Notes under the pieces: model-generated
Database searches by the model: none
What the model saw: only the letters and a program-made list of their open reading frames with translations
What the model was told of the DNA's origin: nothing
Position numbers and translations under genes: made by a program
From: Dicyema japonicum
Lineage: Eukaryota; Animalia; Dicyemida
Length of the DNA: 64,000 nt
NCBI GenBank assembly: GCA_011109175.1
Contig: RDEW01000003.1
Span: 731,643 to 795,642 of the forward strand
Direction of reading: 5' to 3'
Shown here: in pieces, positions 50,901-64,000 of the stretch
Numbering within the stretch: the first letter of the stretch is position 1
Layout: the number at the start of each line of letters is the position of its first letter

Positions 50901-52849
50901 ACTGGAATGACTTTATCGAGAATGCCTACAACAAATCTATTGAGTCTACGGACGACTTTATTTTTCGATCATTTGTACCATTCTGTCTCACTCAAAAACT
51001 TAATTTCATAAATTTTTAAGATCCCAACCACGTGACGCTCCCGTGTGATAAAGAAGGCGACTAATAAACAAGAGAATGCGACCCTTCTGACAATGAAGTA
51101 AATGAGTTGGTGGAAAGATCCTTTCAGGTTGTCATTGTCGCTTGAACTCATCGATAATAATGATAATATAAAAGACCTTGAAAATTGTATTGAGAATCTG
51201 GAGTTTTTGTTAAATGACGATTAGTTTTTTGATATTTTTGTTTAGATTTGCTTCCATATTTAAATTCGGTGATTTTTAGTCCGGTAGTTAAGTTTTTTAC
51301 CGATGTTGCCTGACAGCCAGGGACATTCTACGGAGACATTGATTTGGAGTTGTCTCAGAGAGGAGAAACGATTAGATGCACTATAAGAAGGACAGTAATG
51401 GAGGGTACACTGCTTTCTATTTGTCAGGTTGCAACGCTTTTGCATGACAGTTCCATTGTGAAAGTGTATTGGTGGTGACTTAACTTAATAACAGGGTATG
51501 AATATGAATCTTCATGACGTGTGAAGGTCTCATCGTTTAAATTGTGGTCTTTGAAGACTTAGATACAATAAGTTTTGAACTAAAAAATGTCGGATGTTCA
51601 AAGTCTTCAAGTTCAAAATGGCCAGGTTCTTATTTAACTTGAGAAAGTATCGATTTAAGGAACGTGTGATTGGTGCTAATAAACTGTTACTCTTCATTAG
51701 TTTATGTATCGTTAAACTGATTATTTGATCCAATGCAAGTCCTTTTTGGTCCATTTCTGCCTCTCTAAATTCTTTCGACAAACTATAGATTCAAAACATA
51801 ATGAATAACGGAATAGTCTTCCTTTGAAATGAAAAGATGGGTCCTTTTTGAATCTCGCACGACTATTGGGCGTCTCCTGTGTTAAGTTGATCCGATGAAG
51901 TGTTTAGTGGATACTAGAAGGAAGAGAATCTTTAATCAAGTAACCGCATGGTACATCCCAATAATGAAAATCAAAGTTCCACAAGGAGTACTTGAGACAG
52001 TTGGAAGACGATAAAACATCAAAAGAAAAAATCTTAAAATATGTTCTTTGGGAGTCCTCTTGTTCAGTCAATTCTAAGATAATAACGGAGAGTAAAAGAC
52101 ACTGCTTCAGCATAACCTTGGTCGTTATTTCAACTGTTGATCCAATAAATTCTCATAATGTATTAAATCAGGTCAAATGTGGAGAGGGGTGCTGTTTTGA
52201 TAGCTTTCAGCTTCAGGATGCAGCCTCATTCAAATAATCGGTCTTCCTGTCTTATATATACGGACAAAAATTCATGAGTCTTATAATGACCATAAAATTT
52301 AAGTTGATTTTTGTCATTCTTCCATCAGTTTAAAAAGGGTCCAGCTTTGCAGTTGGGTTCGCTAGATCCTAATTGCAGTTGTTTAGGTTAAATACTGTAT
52401 GAAAACCAAATAGGGAACGAATTCTGTCTTCTCTGTATTTGTTTATTCAAAAATTGACTCCATCAGAGAACAAATAAAATAATAAATTTGGCATCGTCAG
52501 GTTTTCTGTCGTCGAACCCAGTATTAACCACTTTATTCCCAGGGTATATCTAAACAGTACGATTAAACCAAAATGTATGATAATGGCTTCTTCGCTCTGT
52601 TATATGAAAACATCTTCCTTGAGATATTAAGATTTTTGGATTAACTTCCCGAGTCTCCAAAATCTTCTCAGATATTTTTTAATTTTAAAGTTTTCTTAAA
52701 TCAGTAAAGTCAGTTTTTCGAAAAAAGTCTTCAGTATAGCTTGCAGGTATTGGGATATTTAAGTTTAAGTTTAAAAATAAATAAAATTATATTTTAAAAA
52801 TTTGATTAATATTTGCATTGTAAATTTGTCGCAATGTGTTCTTCATGCT

Positions 52850-54720
52850 GGCCAAATTGCTTTATCTCGCTGATATCCCTTATATGTACTTGCAACACTT
52901 CTTTAAGGACTCTATAGTTAATTTACGAGACATAGTCAGGCAGTGAGTTGGCTGTTTTTGTAACGAATCAATATGTCTTCAAAAGCATAATGATTAGTGG
53001 ATAGAAGAACATAACCTCTGCTCGACTATAATTCCTGTCGATATATTTCTTGTTATATGTTAGTGTTCCTTTTCCAAGGATGTCAAAAAAGAGAAACTCA
53101 ATATGATTTCTGATGCTCTGGAATAGGTAAACAGTCAATTTAGTGTAGGAATCTACAAACAAGGAGGCGTAATTGTTAGACATGGGAGATTGGGGCACAT
53201 TTTTCATAGTGGTCTATGGAAAGGTGGATTACTGGGTGATTATTAGGTTGAAGTCTTGTAGGAAGTGAACAATCAAATCAACTCATTAAGGGAATTGAAT
53301 AAAGGTGACTTTTTTCGAGAACAGGCGTTACTTTAGTAATATTGAATCTTCCAGTTTGGCTGGAGTGGGACTAAAAGACATGAAAATATTAAAAAACTTT
53401 ATGATTAGGAAGATTCGGCCATGTAGAACTAGTAATAATAAAATAATAAAGGAAAAGTTCTAGTTAGGACATCAAAATTTGTATCAAAGTGTCATATAGT
53501 AAACTCCCACCAAGAACTGCATAATATAAAGGAAAAGGACATTTAATTTAATTGATTAACCCCGAATACACCGAGAAAGAAGTTAAAGTAAACAACTAAT
53601 TAAATGTATCCAGTTTCCACTTCTACTGAAAGAGTCCATCCGGAATCAGCATAAAGGGTAAAGAGTTTCAGTTGTGGAAACCCTTCCAGTGGAGTGGGGG
53701 AGAGCAAATGATCTTTTTTCGTGCCGTCCTAGCACTGGGCGCCACCTAGACAGGTGGATCACATGACGCCACTCTAATAGGAAGAGAGAGGAGGAAAAGC
53801 CGAACAAAACAGAAACTTCAATCAATTAGCCACGAAGCACCACATGGCGCCACGCGGCTAGGATTTTTAATCTAGGAAAACGACATAATATTGTTATATA
53901 ATAATCTCCACATAATAATTTTAAATTTATTGAAACAAAAAATTAAATATAAAAAAATAAAGTGATTATATTATTACAATTAGATTATTTACTACATTCT
54001 GAGATTCACGATTTGTATATTTACTAGAGGAGGTCACTTTGGGAGGAGAACCATGGGTTAATTACGAAACAAGTCACTCTTTTACTTAATTTAGGTAGCA
54101 TTTCTTCGAGGAGACAACCAGATTTTCTTTGGGATGTGTTATAATGGCCATTGGGTACCTGCACACTAATGGTATCGTCTACAGATACATGAAGTTGAAA
54201 ACCTAATGATTGACTCACAGGGATACATTAAAATGGTTAATTTCCTCTTATTTTAGGATGACTTTGGATTTGCTAAGAGACTTTCTAAATGCTTTAAACA
54301 TGGACACTCTATGGTACTTCTGAATATGTAACCTCTGAAATAACCCTCAACAAAGTACATGAATGCTGTAGATTATAGGATTTTGGGGTACTTATATTTG
54401 AGTCACTAAGTGAATGGTATTCTTATTTACTCACTACAGTCTCCCATTTGTTGAAAAGATCCATTATTAATGTACAAACAGATCTTTAAAAGAGTCGCCT
54501 TCATTGACTATCCCTGATTTGTCGGCTTACGAGTTCGTAGTTTCATGTCTTCAGTATTTAAACCGTCACTTTTTGAACGTCTTGGATTTACTAAAAATAA
54601 TATTGATGAGATTAAAACACATACGTATATTCTCTCTTTTATATTTCAGACGTTTCAGGGATTTGATGCCTAAGCTGTCTTCTTTAAAACTTAAGAATAG
54701 TTTACTCCCCATTGTAATGA
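52850..54720 (+). pseudogene. PRKG1: cGMP-dependent protein kinase (PKG) pseudogene with 21-25-nt introns, interrupted by a SINE
   Basis: Colinear PKG motifs: YKQGGVIVRHG..TFFIV..GKV, LRELNKGDFF(G)EQALL, TL*LGRFGHVELV, KCHIV, LFTTF*DSRFVYLLEE.TLGGE, TTRF..GCV..A..YLH.NGIVYR, NLMIDSQGYIK, DFGFAK, TWTLYGT.EYV, DPL.MYK.I, ERLG..KN.I.EIK.H; many stops and frameshifts. Confidence 0.9.
53545..53860 (-). mobile_element. SINE-like family copy 4 (most intact), inserted in a PKG exon
   Basis: Full-length match to 9676-9998; kinase reading (KEKDI...) resumes after it. Confidence 0.85.
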
Positions 54721-56048
54721 TTCATGTGAGTCCTGCCTTTGAATTCCAGTCTGAGCTCGTGGACGTCCTGTAACATGCGAAATGGCAAAATTATCCATAA
54801 CTCTTGCTGATAAATATATTGCAAACTAATTACCCAAGAATAGTTTTCATTTTGAGAAGAATATCGACGTAAATCAACAAGATGTACCGATCTCTTGGAG
54901 CATAAGCAATGATTGACGTAATTTCAGGTTTAGTTGCAAGCAATCGTTTTGACTAAAATTACTATATTTGATGCCTCACAATAAACACATTTAGAGACCA
55001 CATAACAACTTCTCTACGTGTAGCACCATTGAGGGTAAGTGATAATAAACCATATAATTTATCTCGTCCAAAGTGATTATGTTGAGCCTATAATAAATTG
55101 GATGACATAAAACTTCTTTAAGTTCTGCTTCTTCCGGACAAAAGTATCTCAGTTCTATACCATTTTTTATAATGTAGGGTTTCAAATCTTTGAAAATGAA
55201 TTGTTCGGCACATCTTTTTATTTTTGCCCGTTCTCTTCAGTCAGGACAATTATCTGTTATCAGTAGCACAGTAGATCCTAATTTTTTCCAAGATATCACG
55301 TGTTAGATTCACTAGATACATGTTTCATAATAAATATTTTAAATAAAAATATGTACTATATGTAATTTTAATATTATTAATAATTTTTTTACAATGAAAG
55401 TTTTAGTATAAAATTTTTTTGTATTTTGTGATGAATCTCGCATGTACGGCGCATCGCATGTATGGACTGTTACATAAAATTTTTATTAATAAGCGGGGTC
55501 GATGATTTTTATTTATTATTATTCTGTTGTCGGAAATTAAAAAACTATCATAAAATGAACTTTATAAAAAAAGTGCTTCATATATAGAGGTGCGCCAAGT
55601 CGGGGGTTTTATTGGGGCGGGGTTATACTGTATTATTATTAATAGCTATGCCCGCGGAACCAGAAAAGTTAATTAATTTGAGATTCCACTTTTGCCATGC
55701 ATATCAGGATACGGGCTGTAAGTCGTTTCCATAATGCACATCGCAAAGATGAACAACAATCCACCCAGTCCCTTTGACCAGCTTATTGAGCAAAACGGCA
55801 AGAGCTTTTTGACGTTAATTCTTAGCAGGACCTGTCGTCGACAGTCCGTCCTGTGTCAAGTTTCCAGTGCACATCACCCCAGTTAGCTTTCTCACGAACA
55901 TTGTCTCCCGCCCATACCGTGAATGTGTTGGGTCAAAGGCCAGCTCGGGAAAACTGAGAAAGCTCTTCAGGAATGTCGGGATCACCTAATTAATTTTAAC
56001 GAGATTAACTATTGGCGTTTTTGGGTTAAATAAAGAAATCACTCGTTG

Positions 56049-56640
56049 AAATATTATTTTTTTAATGTCAGGTGTGCGTAAACAATCACGGACTATACTG
56101 CAGGAAAACAGAGGATTTGAATATGAATGGGAGGAAAAGTTCTTTGTGATTAAAATGCATGGCACGTACATTGTTTAATATGTCACGCAACGATAACATC
56201 GTTAAAAACCTACTCCGTCAAAATACATCATCAACAGCACGAATCAATTTATGATTGTCATCAAGGCGATTCTAGAAAACAAAAAGTCGTTTTGTTAAAA
56301 TCTCAATATTTCAAACAATCTTTATTTTTTAAACGTGGTGCCTCTTCCAAAGTTACAAATATGGCTTCAACAAAAATTAGTCATCTTATTGCAAAGCATA
56401 TGAAGCCATAAACTGATGGCGAATTTTGAAGGAGGCTATTGCAATACTTGCCGAAGAATGTTGCCCTCAAAGTAACCTCGACATCTTCTATTGTACCAGC
56501 TTTTAAAGAGCTAATTGATTAATGGTTTATAAATTCACTTTTGCTTTTTTATATTAATTAAATTTAAAAAAAATTGGCGGCCCCTACAAATAAAATAATT
56601 TATTGATTTGGCACCTGGGTCAAGAGCCGCTGATCCAGAT
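56049..56640 (+). mobile_element. hAT (SPIN/GTF2IRD2-like) transposase N-terminal remnant with internal deletion
   Basis: ENRGFEYEWEEKFFV...CLIC...H.QQH..., KISHLIAKHMKP*TDGEF.KEA. Confidence 0.7.
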
Positions 56641-57519
56641 CCTCTCCTGTTTTCAGCTTTCTTCCTATGCAAATGATTTCTTTGTAGAGTTATCATATTG
56701 AAAAAACTAAGACAGGCAATTACTCATTAGAAACGAATTAAAATAATTAAATAGAAGGTAGTCAGATTTCAAGTGGGAGTCATCATCATAACTTAATGAC
56801 TGCATGAGGAAATGGCTCCGTTTATATAAGAGACTGCATTGAGCGGGGAAGGTTGTCGAGTTGCAAGTGGAAGTCACTACTATAATACACCAACATAGCA
56901 TCAGAAAGTGGCGTTATAAAGAAACGACTAGTCAATATATGAGAATTAATGAAAATTCGTTGAAACATGGCATACAATATTTAAAAAAAATCGTGCTTAG
57001 TATGGAAACTAAGGATTCTTCTATTATAATACGGTAGTTCCAAAGGTTCCTTCGGATCAAAAGCGTTCTTTGTCTCTTGTATGAGCAGATATTAATTTTG
57101 TAAAGTGGTAGATCTTCAGATAGTTGCTCCTGCTTGAATAGAGAAGCCTATGTGATTATGTGGCGATTGCGAACGAGGGTTTTGGGTTTAAGCATCATAA
57201 AGACATAATTTTTCCAGAGAAAAACAGAAGAATACATACAAGATCTGTCATTTCCATACGGTAAAATAATTATTCCATAGGAGGTTTTCTGTATCCGGCA
57301 TGGTAAACTAGCAACATCCATTGCCAGTCGATATTTATTACTTCTAAATTTCAAGTCCATCGATTGAATTTACGAATAACTTTTCGAGTATATTAGAGGA
57401 TCGAAATCTTATGATTTAACCCCACTTGCTCAAACTTTTTTGGGTACGCACTTGGCATATGTTAGCACTTTATGAGTTTCTTACTTGTCCGAAATTTATG
57501 GAAACTAAGGATTCTTCTA

Positions 57520-57802
57520 ATATTATTTATTTATTAAACCCGGATACACAGAGAAAGAAGTTAAAGTAAACAACTAATTAAGTGTATCCAGTTTCCACTT
57601 CTACAGAAACAGAGTCCATCCGGAATCAACATAAAAATAAAAAGACGTCCATACTTGCAGTTAGAAAACCCCTCCAGTGTAGTGGGGGAGAGCAAATGAT
57701 CCTTTTTCTCACCGACCAGGCACTGGGCGCCACTTTAATAGGAAGAGAGAAGAGAAACAGACAAACAAACATAAAACTTGAACCAATTAGCCACGCAGCA
57801 CC
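57520..57802 (-). mobile_element. SINE-like family copy 5 (deletion between the two GTGGCG motifs)
   Basis: Reverse-complement similarity to 9676-9998. Confidence 0.8.
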
Positions 57803-58797
57803 AGTCTAACATAAGAACCCTTGATAGAGAATTAATCATTAAAAGCAAATGAGGTTAGTGAATCAAATAAAATTAATTATTCCCATTTTCTTTGATGAAA
57901 TTAATCATTCCAAGAATGAAGGAGTCATGCCATTTCTCTTTCCAAATTCTTAGCAAACAACTTCCCCAACTCTACTCTACTAAGAATCACCCCCATTAGT
58001 CAAAAGAGTTGATCCCTCTTTCCACGAATAACTCTTTCCACGAAGATTTTATGATATAAAACGCTACTATAACCAAATCCAATCAACGCTCACAAAGAGA
58101 GCGCACAAAATCGGGAAATAACAAATGAAGAGCTTGGCCTGTAGAAAACCTGTCACGTGGTTGAAATGGTCTTCAACCATCTGCGAATCTGAGAATTTCC
58201 CACTGCTTCTAAGCTCAGATATGACTTTCTGAAGGGACTTCCCCGTCATTAGTCCCTCTGTTTGGGGCAGAAAGTTGCATAGAAGAATCTCACTCATGGC
58301 TAACCAACGTGCTACATTATGGTGTTTGAAATCGTCATGGACCTGATCACATTGGAATCACATGGGTCCCTTGATGTAAGAACTGGTAAAGAAGTGCTGT
58401 CCGTCAGTCCTCGGTTTTCTCCACACGACAGGACCAGTTTGATAGTCTACAGCCCTCCACTCTGGCACGTGCTCTTTTCTTTGGTCTCCATATCCGCTTG
58501 CTGTAGGTAAGATGGGAATCAGTGGAGGTACTAAAGGTCACAAAATAACGGACTTGATTCTACAGGAGGATTGCATGAGTAAGGACTCCCATCAGTCCCA
58601 TTAACAAGAAAACCTACAAAAATGAGTCAAATTGAGAATAAACGTTAGTTCTGGCATCAGTGTTCTTTAAGTGCTCATCTACGGCGTTGACTCTGACGAG
58701 GAACTCTGAGAATTTTTCCATTCTAACGAAAACCGCGACTGAAAGTCCAATTGCGGACCAAACAGAACAACGTCCACCAACCCACTAAACATAACTA

Positions 58798-58905
<108 letters not shown>

Positions 58906-58955
58906 CTAAAAAAAGTAACTTGACGGAAAACGTCGTTAAAATTGTTTAAAATTTA

Positions 58956-59435
<480 letters not shown>

Positions 59436-59439
59436 CCTC

Positions 59440-59940
59440 ATTGTTCTTTCCTTGGCATGGAGTCTGTTTACCGCGGTCCGACAATGTTGGATGGACAAAG
59501 TTGGTCGACACAAGTAGCATCCCAGAGCAAGGGTTTCCCCTCTTTGAATGGGAAAATTGTGATCCCGTGAGGTCGTTTTCCGTCTCCTCTGTCGAGGCCA
59601 ACAGTTTCAAGTATGGCGGGGTATCTCGCAGACTCCAGGGGTCGCTTGTGTCTGGAACCGTCCTGTACTTCTTCAACACGAGAGGGCATGGTCTTCATAA
59701 CAGTCAACGGTGCCCCACACCGGCATTTGTGAGTTCGGCAAATCTCCAGTCCAAGTCTGGTGGAGGTGCCGATGCGGAGAGTATCATCGTCAAGGTGGGT
59801 CCTGACACTACCAACAGGGAGAGCTTGATCCAAGCGCCACTCCATTTTTATCATCCAGTGACTAGACAGGCACGGTCTTTCTGCTCAGGCATCAACCCTG
59901 TCAAATGCTCCATATCTGTGATTTCAGACGATTCTGTCTG
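59440..59940 (-). mobile_element. CRE LINE zinc-finger/RLE fragment
   Basis: LDDDTLRIG...RLGLEICRTHKCRCGA, LETVGLDRGDGKRPHGITIFPFKEGKPLLWDATCVD. Confidence 0.85.
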
Positions 59941-60859
59941 AAGTTGTAGAATCATCCTGATCAGCTGTTGACTGGAGCCCAAAGAGGACAGATACGGTAT
60001 TTTATAATTTAATTTAAATTTATAATTAATTTACAGATATTTTATAATTTAATTTAAATTTATAATTAATTTTACTTTCTGGCAATCGTTTGAATAATCT
60101 ACATGCATTGTCGATGTCAGAAAAGTAATTCGTAAATTCGATGGAGATGAAAGCCAGCAGAAGACGACAGTTTAACCAAAAGAACCTAAGAATGGCAAAA
60201 TACTACTTAAAATTAAGCACACTCTATTGAAAGACTGACACATCCATTTATTATTAAGAAAAGTAAAATGGGATCCACTTGGGTCCACTTCAATTGAAAA
60301 ATAAGTGATGGAAATTCTGAGATAGACCAGGCTAACACATAAATCACAATTCGATTCCAAATTATGGAAACCTGCAAACATCTGATTAACATTGAAAACA
60401 GGAAAGCCGTCGAAAGGGACGAATTTTCTTGGACACATTCGATTAGTCTCTCGCGTATTTCCCAATTAGGTATTCCAGGTTTCACTACTATCCCCTTGTT
60501 TTCAACTGAGATTCTTTTACCGAGAAGGTAAAACAATCTTCTCTTCTCATTTCCTATGCATGCGCCTTGTGGGGGCCTTCGATCTCTTGGGCTAATTTCC
60601 ATAAAATCGCAGCTACACAAAAAAGGTTATTGAGTGACAATCAGTAGGCCTACGAACAAAAGGAAATGTCAGTCACAAATGTGACAAATTTTCATTCTTG
60701 TATATTAATTTCAAAATATGACGTATGTTTAATAATTTTCAAAATTTTATTATTTTTCAATACAAAATCAGGATCAACTAAAATTTAAAGTGATAAATTT
60801 ACGATTTATTAAAATCCAAAATTAATCAAATAAATCATATATTTCCCATGACGAATTGT

Positions 60860-61030
60860 AAGGAAAATAAGCCAGTTCCTTTCTCCATTATCCATTTCCA
60901 CCCGATAAGTGATCCAATGCGGTTCTGCAGGGTCAGTGTTCTGCCTCCAATGACTCAAGTAGTTTCCACGTCTACTGATTCAAAAATGAACTGCTCACTT
61001 CCGACTTTAGTTCTCCTAGTTTTCCAGTTT
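60860..61030 (-). mobile_element. CRE LINE 3' fragment
   Basis: QFIFESVDVETT.VIG...NRIGSLI; similar to 33560-33780. Confidence 0.5.
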
Positions 61031-61209
61031 ACAATTGAATGACTTTGATCTTTATGAGAGTTCTCAACTTTTCCAGGACATAATAGATCTGTGGGTTAAC
61101 ATCACAACCTGGAAACCTTTTTTTGGAAAAGACAATCTGGAGAAATTGTTTAGGTAATTGGTGGCTCTTTAAAAGGCGATGGAAATCCTCAGCTAGGTTG
61201 TATTAGACG

Positions 61210-61620
61210 ATGTCGAAAAAGAAGGCACAGCTTGAACCAGTGGGTCTCGATCGAGATGGAAAGAGACCTGAAGGGATGACCCTTTTCCCTTACACATCTG
61301 GAAGATTTATGGTCTGGGACGCAACTTGTGTTGACACATTTTCAAGCAGAATCTTTTCAAATCGATTCAGACATCTGGAGCAGTTGCTTCGACCGCGGAA
61401 AACCTAAAAAGCAAGAAATATTCTTGCCTCGGGGACCGGTACCGATTTACTCCTCTTGCGGTCGAGTCATCGGAGCTGTTGGTCTAATGACGGCTGAGTT
61501 CTTGCGCGAACTCGGAGGAATGGTTGCCAGAAAAAAAATCAACGAGAAGGGATATGGCTGAGACAAAAGATTGGAATGGCCATACTCCAAGGGAACTCGT
61601 TCGCGATTCACGCAGCCGAC
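61210..61620 (+). mobile_element. CRE LINE RLE/3' end
   Basis: [38 protein letters not shown]; paralog of 4110-4450. Confidence 0.8.
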
Positions 61621-61989
61621 TTCCTCAACTAACATTTGTTTCTGTGTTAAATAATAGGCTTTAATAAAAAATTTGAAACACATGGTGAATTCACGGAAGA
61701 CATAGGATAGATAAGGTTTACACGTACTATTCGAAAGTTTGAGATTTTCTCGTCAATTGTAGAACACTACGCGGAATACTGACTGTCGAGGGACGCCCAA
61801 GGTTGCGATTTTGTTGGTTTCGTTGTCAAGTCATCTCGCTTTTAGAGCTCTTAGGTTCTCTTCGATATGTATAGGAGTCATTCTCGATATCCTTGAGTTC
61901 ACTAATGGTTTGCTTCCATCGCATCGTTCATGAATTTTAAGGATATGTTCAATAACTCCCACCTCTCTCTTTTCATTGTATCTTTTGGC

Positions 61990-62330
61990 CAAAACAAGAC
62001 ACGTGCAACTCGAAAAATTCAGTTTCTTAGATTTCTATTTGCTAGTTGCCAGTGTGCATAGTTCGTCGATAAATACTTCGGACATACGACGCTTCCTAAT
62101 CCTTCAGAGATCGTTGTTTAAGAATTATCTACCGATTGAAGTCGGCGTAGTGTTGTTCTCCGAAGTCACGCTCGCAGGACCCTTAATTCCAATCCAAGTA
62201 TATGTCCAAATAACCTCCATCGATCTCTAGAGTGTACATATTATATCATAAAGACGGTGCTCATTTATTGAAGTTGCCCCGTGAGGATAATATTTGTCTC
62301 AGCTCATATCTATAGAAATAGGTGTCAAAC
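61990..62330 (-). mobile_element. RTE-like LINE 3' fragment
   Basis: RDRWRLFGHILGLEL ... LNNDL*RI. Confidence 0.6.
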
Positions 62331-62596
62331 CTACAATTGAGGAATCCGAAGTAATTGTCGGACACAGGAATATAGATTGACAAAGAGTTACAAAAACGAT
62401 ATTTGAAATTTGAAATATTTAATTTAACTCATTTTAAAATTATAAATACTTTTGAAAATTTATTGGGATATTAAAATAAGGAATAATAATATGAAAACTA
62501 AAATTACTTTATTCCTTTTGATTTTAAAAGCATTCTTTTGGCTATAATATTTTAGCAATATAGTTAGATTTTTGGAAGAAGCACATTCTAAAGAAT

Positions 62597-62742
62597 TTAC
62601 TTACCTGGTCGTGATTTACTGTTATCATTTAGACAGTTTATCTATTGGATTGCCGCCTATTGCACTGCAGGTCGCTTTCCAGTACGGACCGTTCCATACG
62701 GGCTGTCCTACGGCATATTTTTTCCGTGTGCTTTTGCGCATC
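62597..62742 (+). ncRNA. RNU1: U1 spliceosomal snRNA (divergent variant or pseudogene)
   Basis: 5' TACTTACCTGG; helix H GTCGT/ACGGC; SL1 ACTG-TTATCATTTAGA-CAGT; SL2 TATTGGA..CCT-ATTGCACTGC-AGG..TCCAGTA with the U1A loop; SL3 GGAC..GTCC; Sm-like ATATTTTTTC; SL4 TGTGC-TTTT-GCGCA. Confidence 0.85.
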
Positions 62743-63314
62743 TATCATTTTTTAATAATAATAAATTTTTTTAATAAATTGCACCTGGTTTTCCTCGAAT
62801 GTAGTTTTTGAAATATGTCTCGGAGATTTCCTTGGTGATTTTTTAAATAATGGACCCGATCTGACGTACTAGGACCCCTAAGGTCCTCCTGTGTGCCGAA
62901 GATCATGAGTTCCTTGCTATTTTATATTTGAGCTTTTCTGCTGTCAAATGAATAATTTATACGCCGTGTCATAGGTTTTTCTCTCGACCGATCTCGTTAT
63001 GATATGATTTGCTCAGGGCTTCAAGTTTATCTGGTTGATCTAGCGGCTTACTGGAATCCGGAAAGCAGGCTTTTCAAGAGACGTTCATACGTTTAAATTA
63101 TACGTTCACTCTTATATACGAACGTTTCTATAGCAGCGATACTGTCGTACAAGGTGCGTGTTTGGAAGAGCACTGGGAGCTTACGTGCATAACATTATAC
63201 TTAAATTGTTTAATTTATTGGCGATAATTTAACAAATTTTAAAACAATAATAAATTGCTTTTGTGGAATCGTTTCGATTATTATATTAATTAAATTAATA
63301 AATAATTATATTAA

Positions 63315-63860
63315 TTGTCTTTCTATGCACAGCGCAAACTGCCTACATTTAGAATAACATCTTCAGCTGATAGGATAGGAGACTTAAGTAAAGACGGTTA
63401 TTTAAAGAAAAATGTAAACTACAGTACTTTTTTACATGCAAAGATACATTTTTTAGTTTGCAACAACAGCATTGCCACACCAAGAATAAGCTTAAAAAGA
63501 CATTATGAAACTAACCATCGAATGCTTTACAAAAATAGAGCAAGCCAATGTAGCTTCTGTTACTGCGAGCTATGAACTTAGCCGAATGGTCCCAATGGGT
63601 GACAAATCTTACATTGAAGGAGATTTATAAAGCATTGATGGTAAGAAATCTGATATTGTTTGCTCATGGAATACACAGTTATGTCAGAACACTCCATTAA
63701 CCAGGAACACTACTGCTGGACAGATTGATGATCACAGGATGATTTGAAACGACGGTTGAAGACTACATCATCTTAATTTGTAAACACCTTTCTTTTGCTA
63801 TTGATGATACCGTTGACATCACTGAAGTAGCACAGCTTGCAGTTTTTATTAGTGTCTATG
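63315..63860 (+). mobile_element. hAT (SPIN/GTF2IRD2/EPM2AIP1-like) transposase remnant
   Basis: LVCNNSIA...LKRHYETNH, PLTRNT, SFAIDDTVDITEVAQLAVFI. Confidence 0.75.
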
Positions 63861-64000
63861 ACAGGGCAGTGATACATTTCAGTCAGAACGAGTGATTTTA
63901 TAATTTTTAAAATGATGTCAACTGCTATATTTCCAGAAAGTTGGTCTCTCGATTATGAGAGGTAACTTCCATCGCGTGCTCAATGCCTGCATTGCCATAA

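Noticed and set aside
53826-53861. Helitron 3' end (hairpin + CTAG)
   Set aside because: CTAG is not conserved in other copies and the opposite end is a retro-type A-rich tail.
62890-62912. Tyrosine-recombinase HDLRHT motif on the minus strand
   Set aside because: Isolated hexapeptide among stops, no other recombinase motifs; likely chance.
62963-63074. 5S rRNA-like sequence linked to U1 (CCGATCTCGT..TGAT, CTGGTT, GGAATCCGG, AGGCTTTT)
   Set aside because: Terminal helix gives only ~3 bp and the internal control region is poor; the minus strand reads as a decayed CRE RLE piece (FPDSSKPL...AEKLKYK). An Rfam RF00001 search would settle it.

Overview
AT-rich eukaryotic, repeat-dominated DNA, not prokaryotic: no operons, rRNA or CRISPR array seen. 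Most of the window is decayed transposable elements. These include many APE-type LINE fragments of one RTE-like family, CRE-clade RLE-type LINE fragments, RTE and Jockey/I-like RTs, a tRNA-derived SINE, a non-tRNA ~300-bp SINE-like family, and DNA transposons (a TIR/TSD-intact Buster-type hAT, other hATs, a Tc1/IS630-like element, a pogo/Tigger element and a probable Merlin remnant). Host-derived sequence is sparse: a cGMP-dependent protein kinase pseudogene, a glucose-6-phosphate isomerase fragment, a DnaJ C-terminal-domain ORF and a divergent U1 snRNA. The host genes carry ultra-short (21-28 nt) GT-AG introns, suggesting (inference only) a reduced parasitic animal such as a myxozoan or dicyemid. 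Most notable: (i) a conserved HDV-ribozyme-like double-pseudoknot topology with covariation, found at the 5' end of a LINE whose ORF begins with a 2A-like peptide then APE, and in the SINE-like family; (ii) a divergent U1 snRNA together with tiny introns; (iii) a 196-bp direct repeat flanking a truncated LINE. All assignments come from manual reading and translation; no searches or folding programs were run, and boundaries of decayed elements are approximate.
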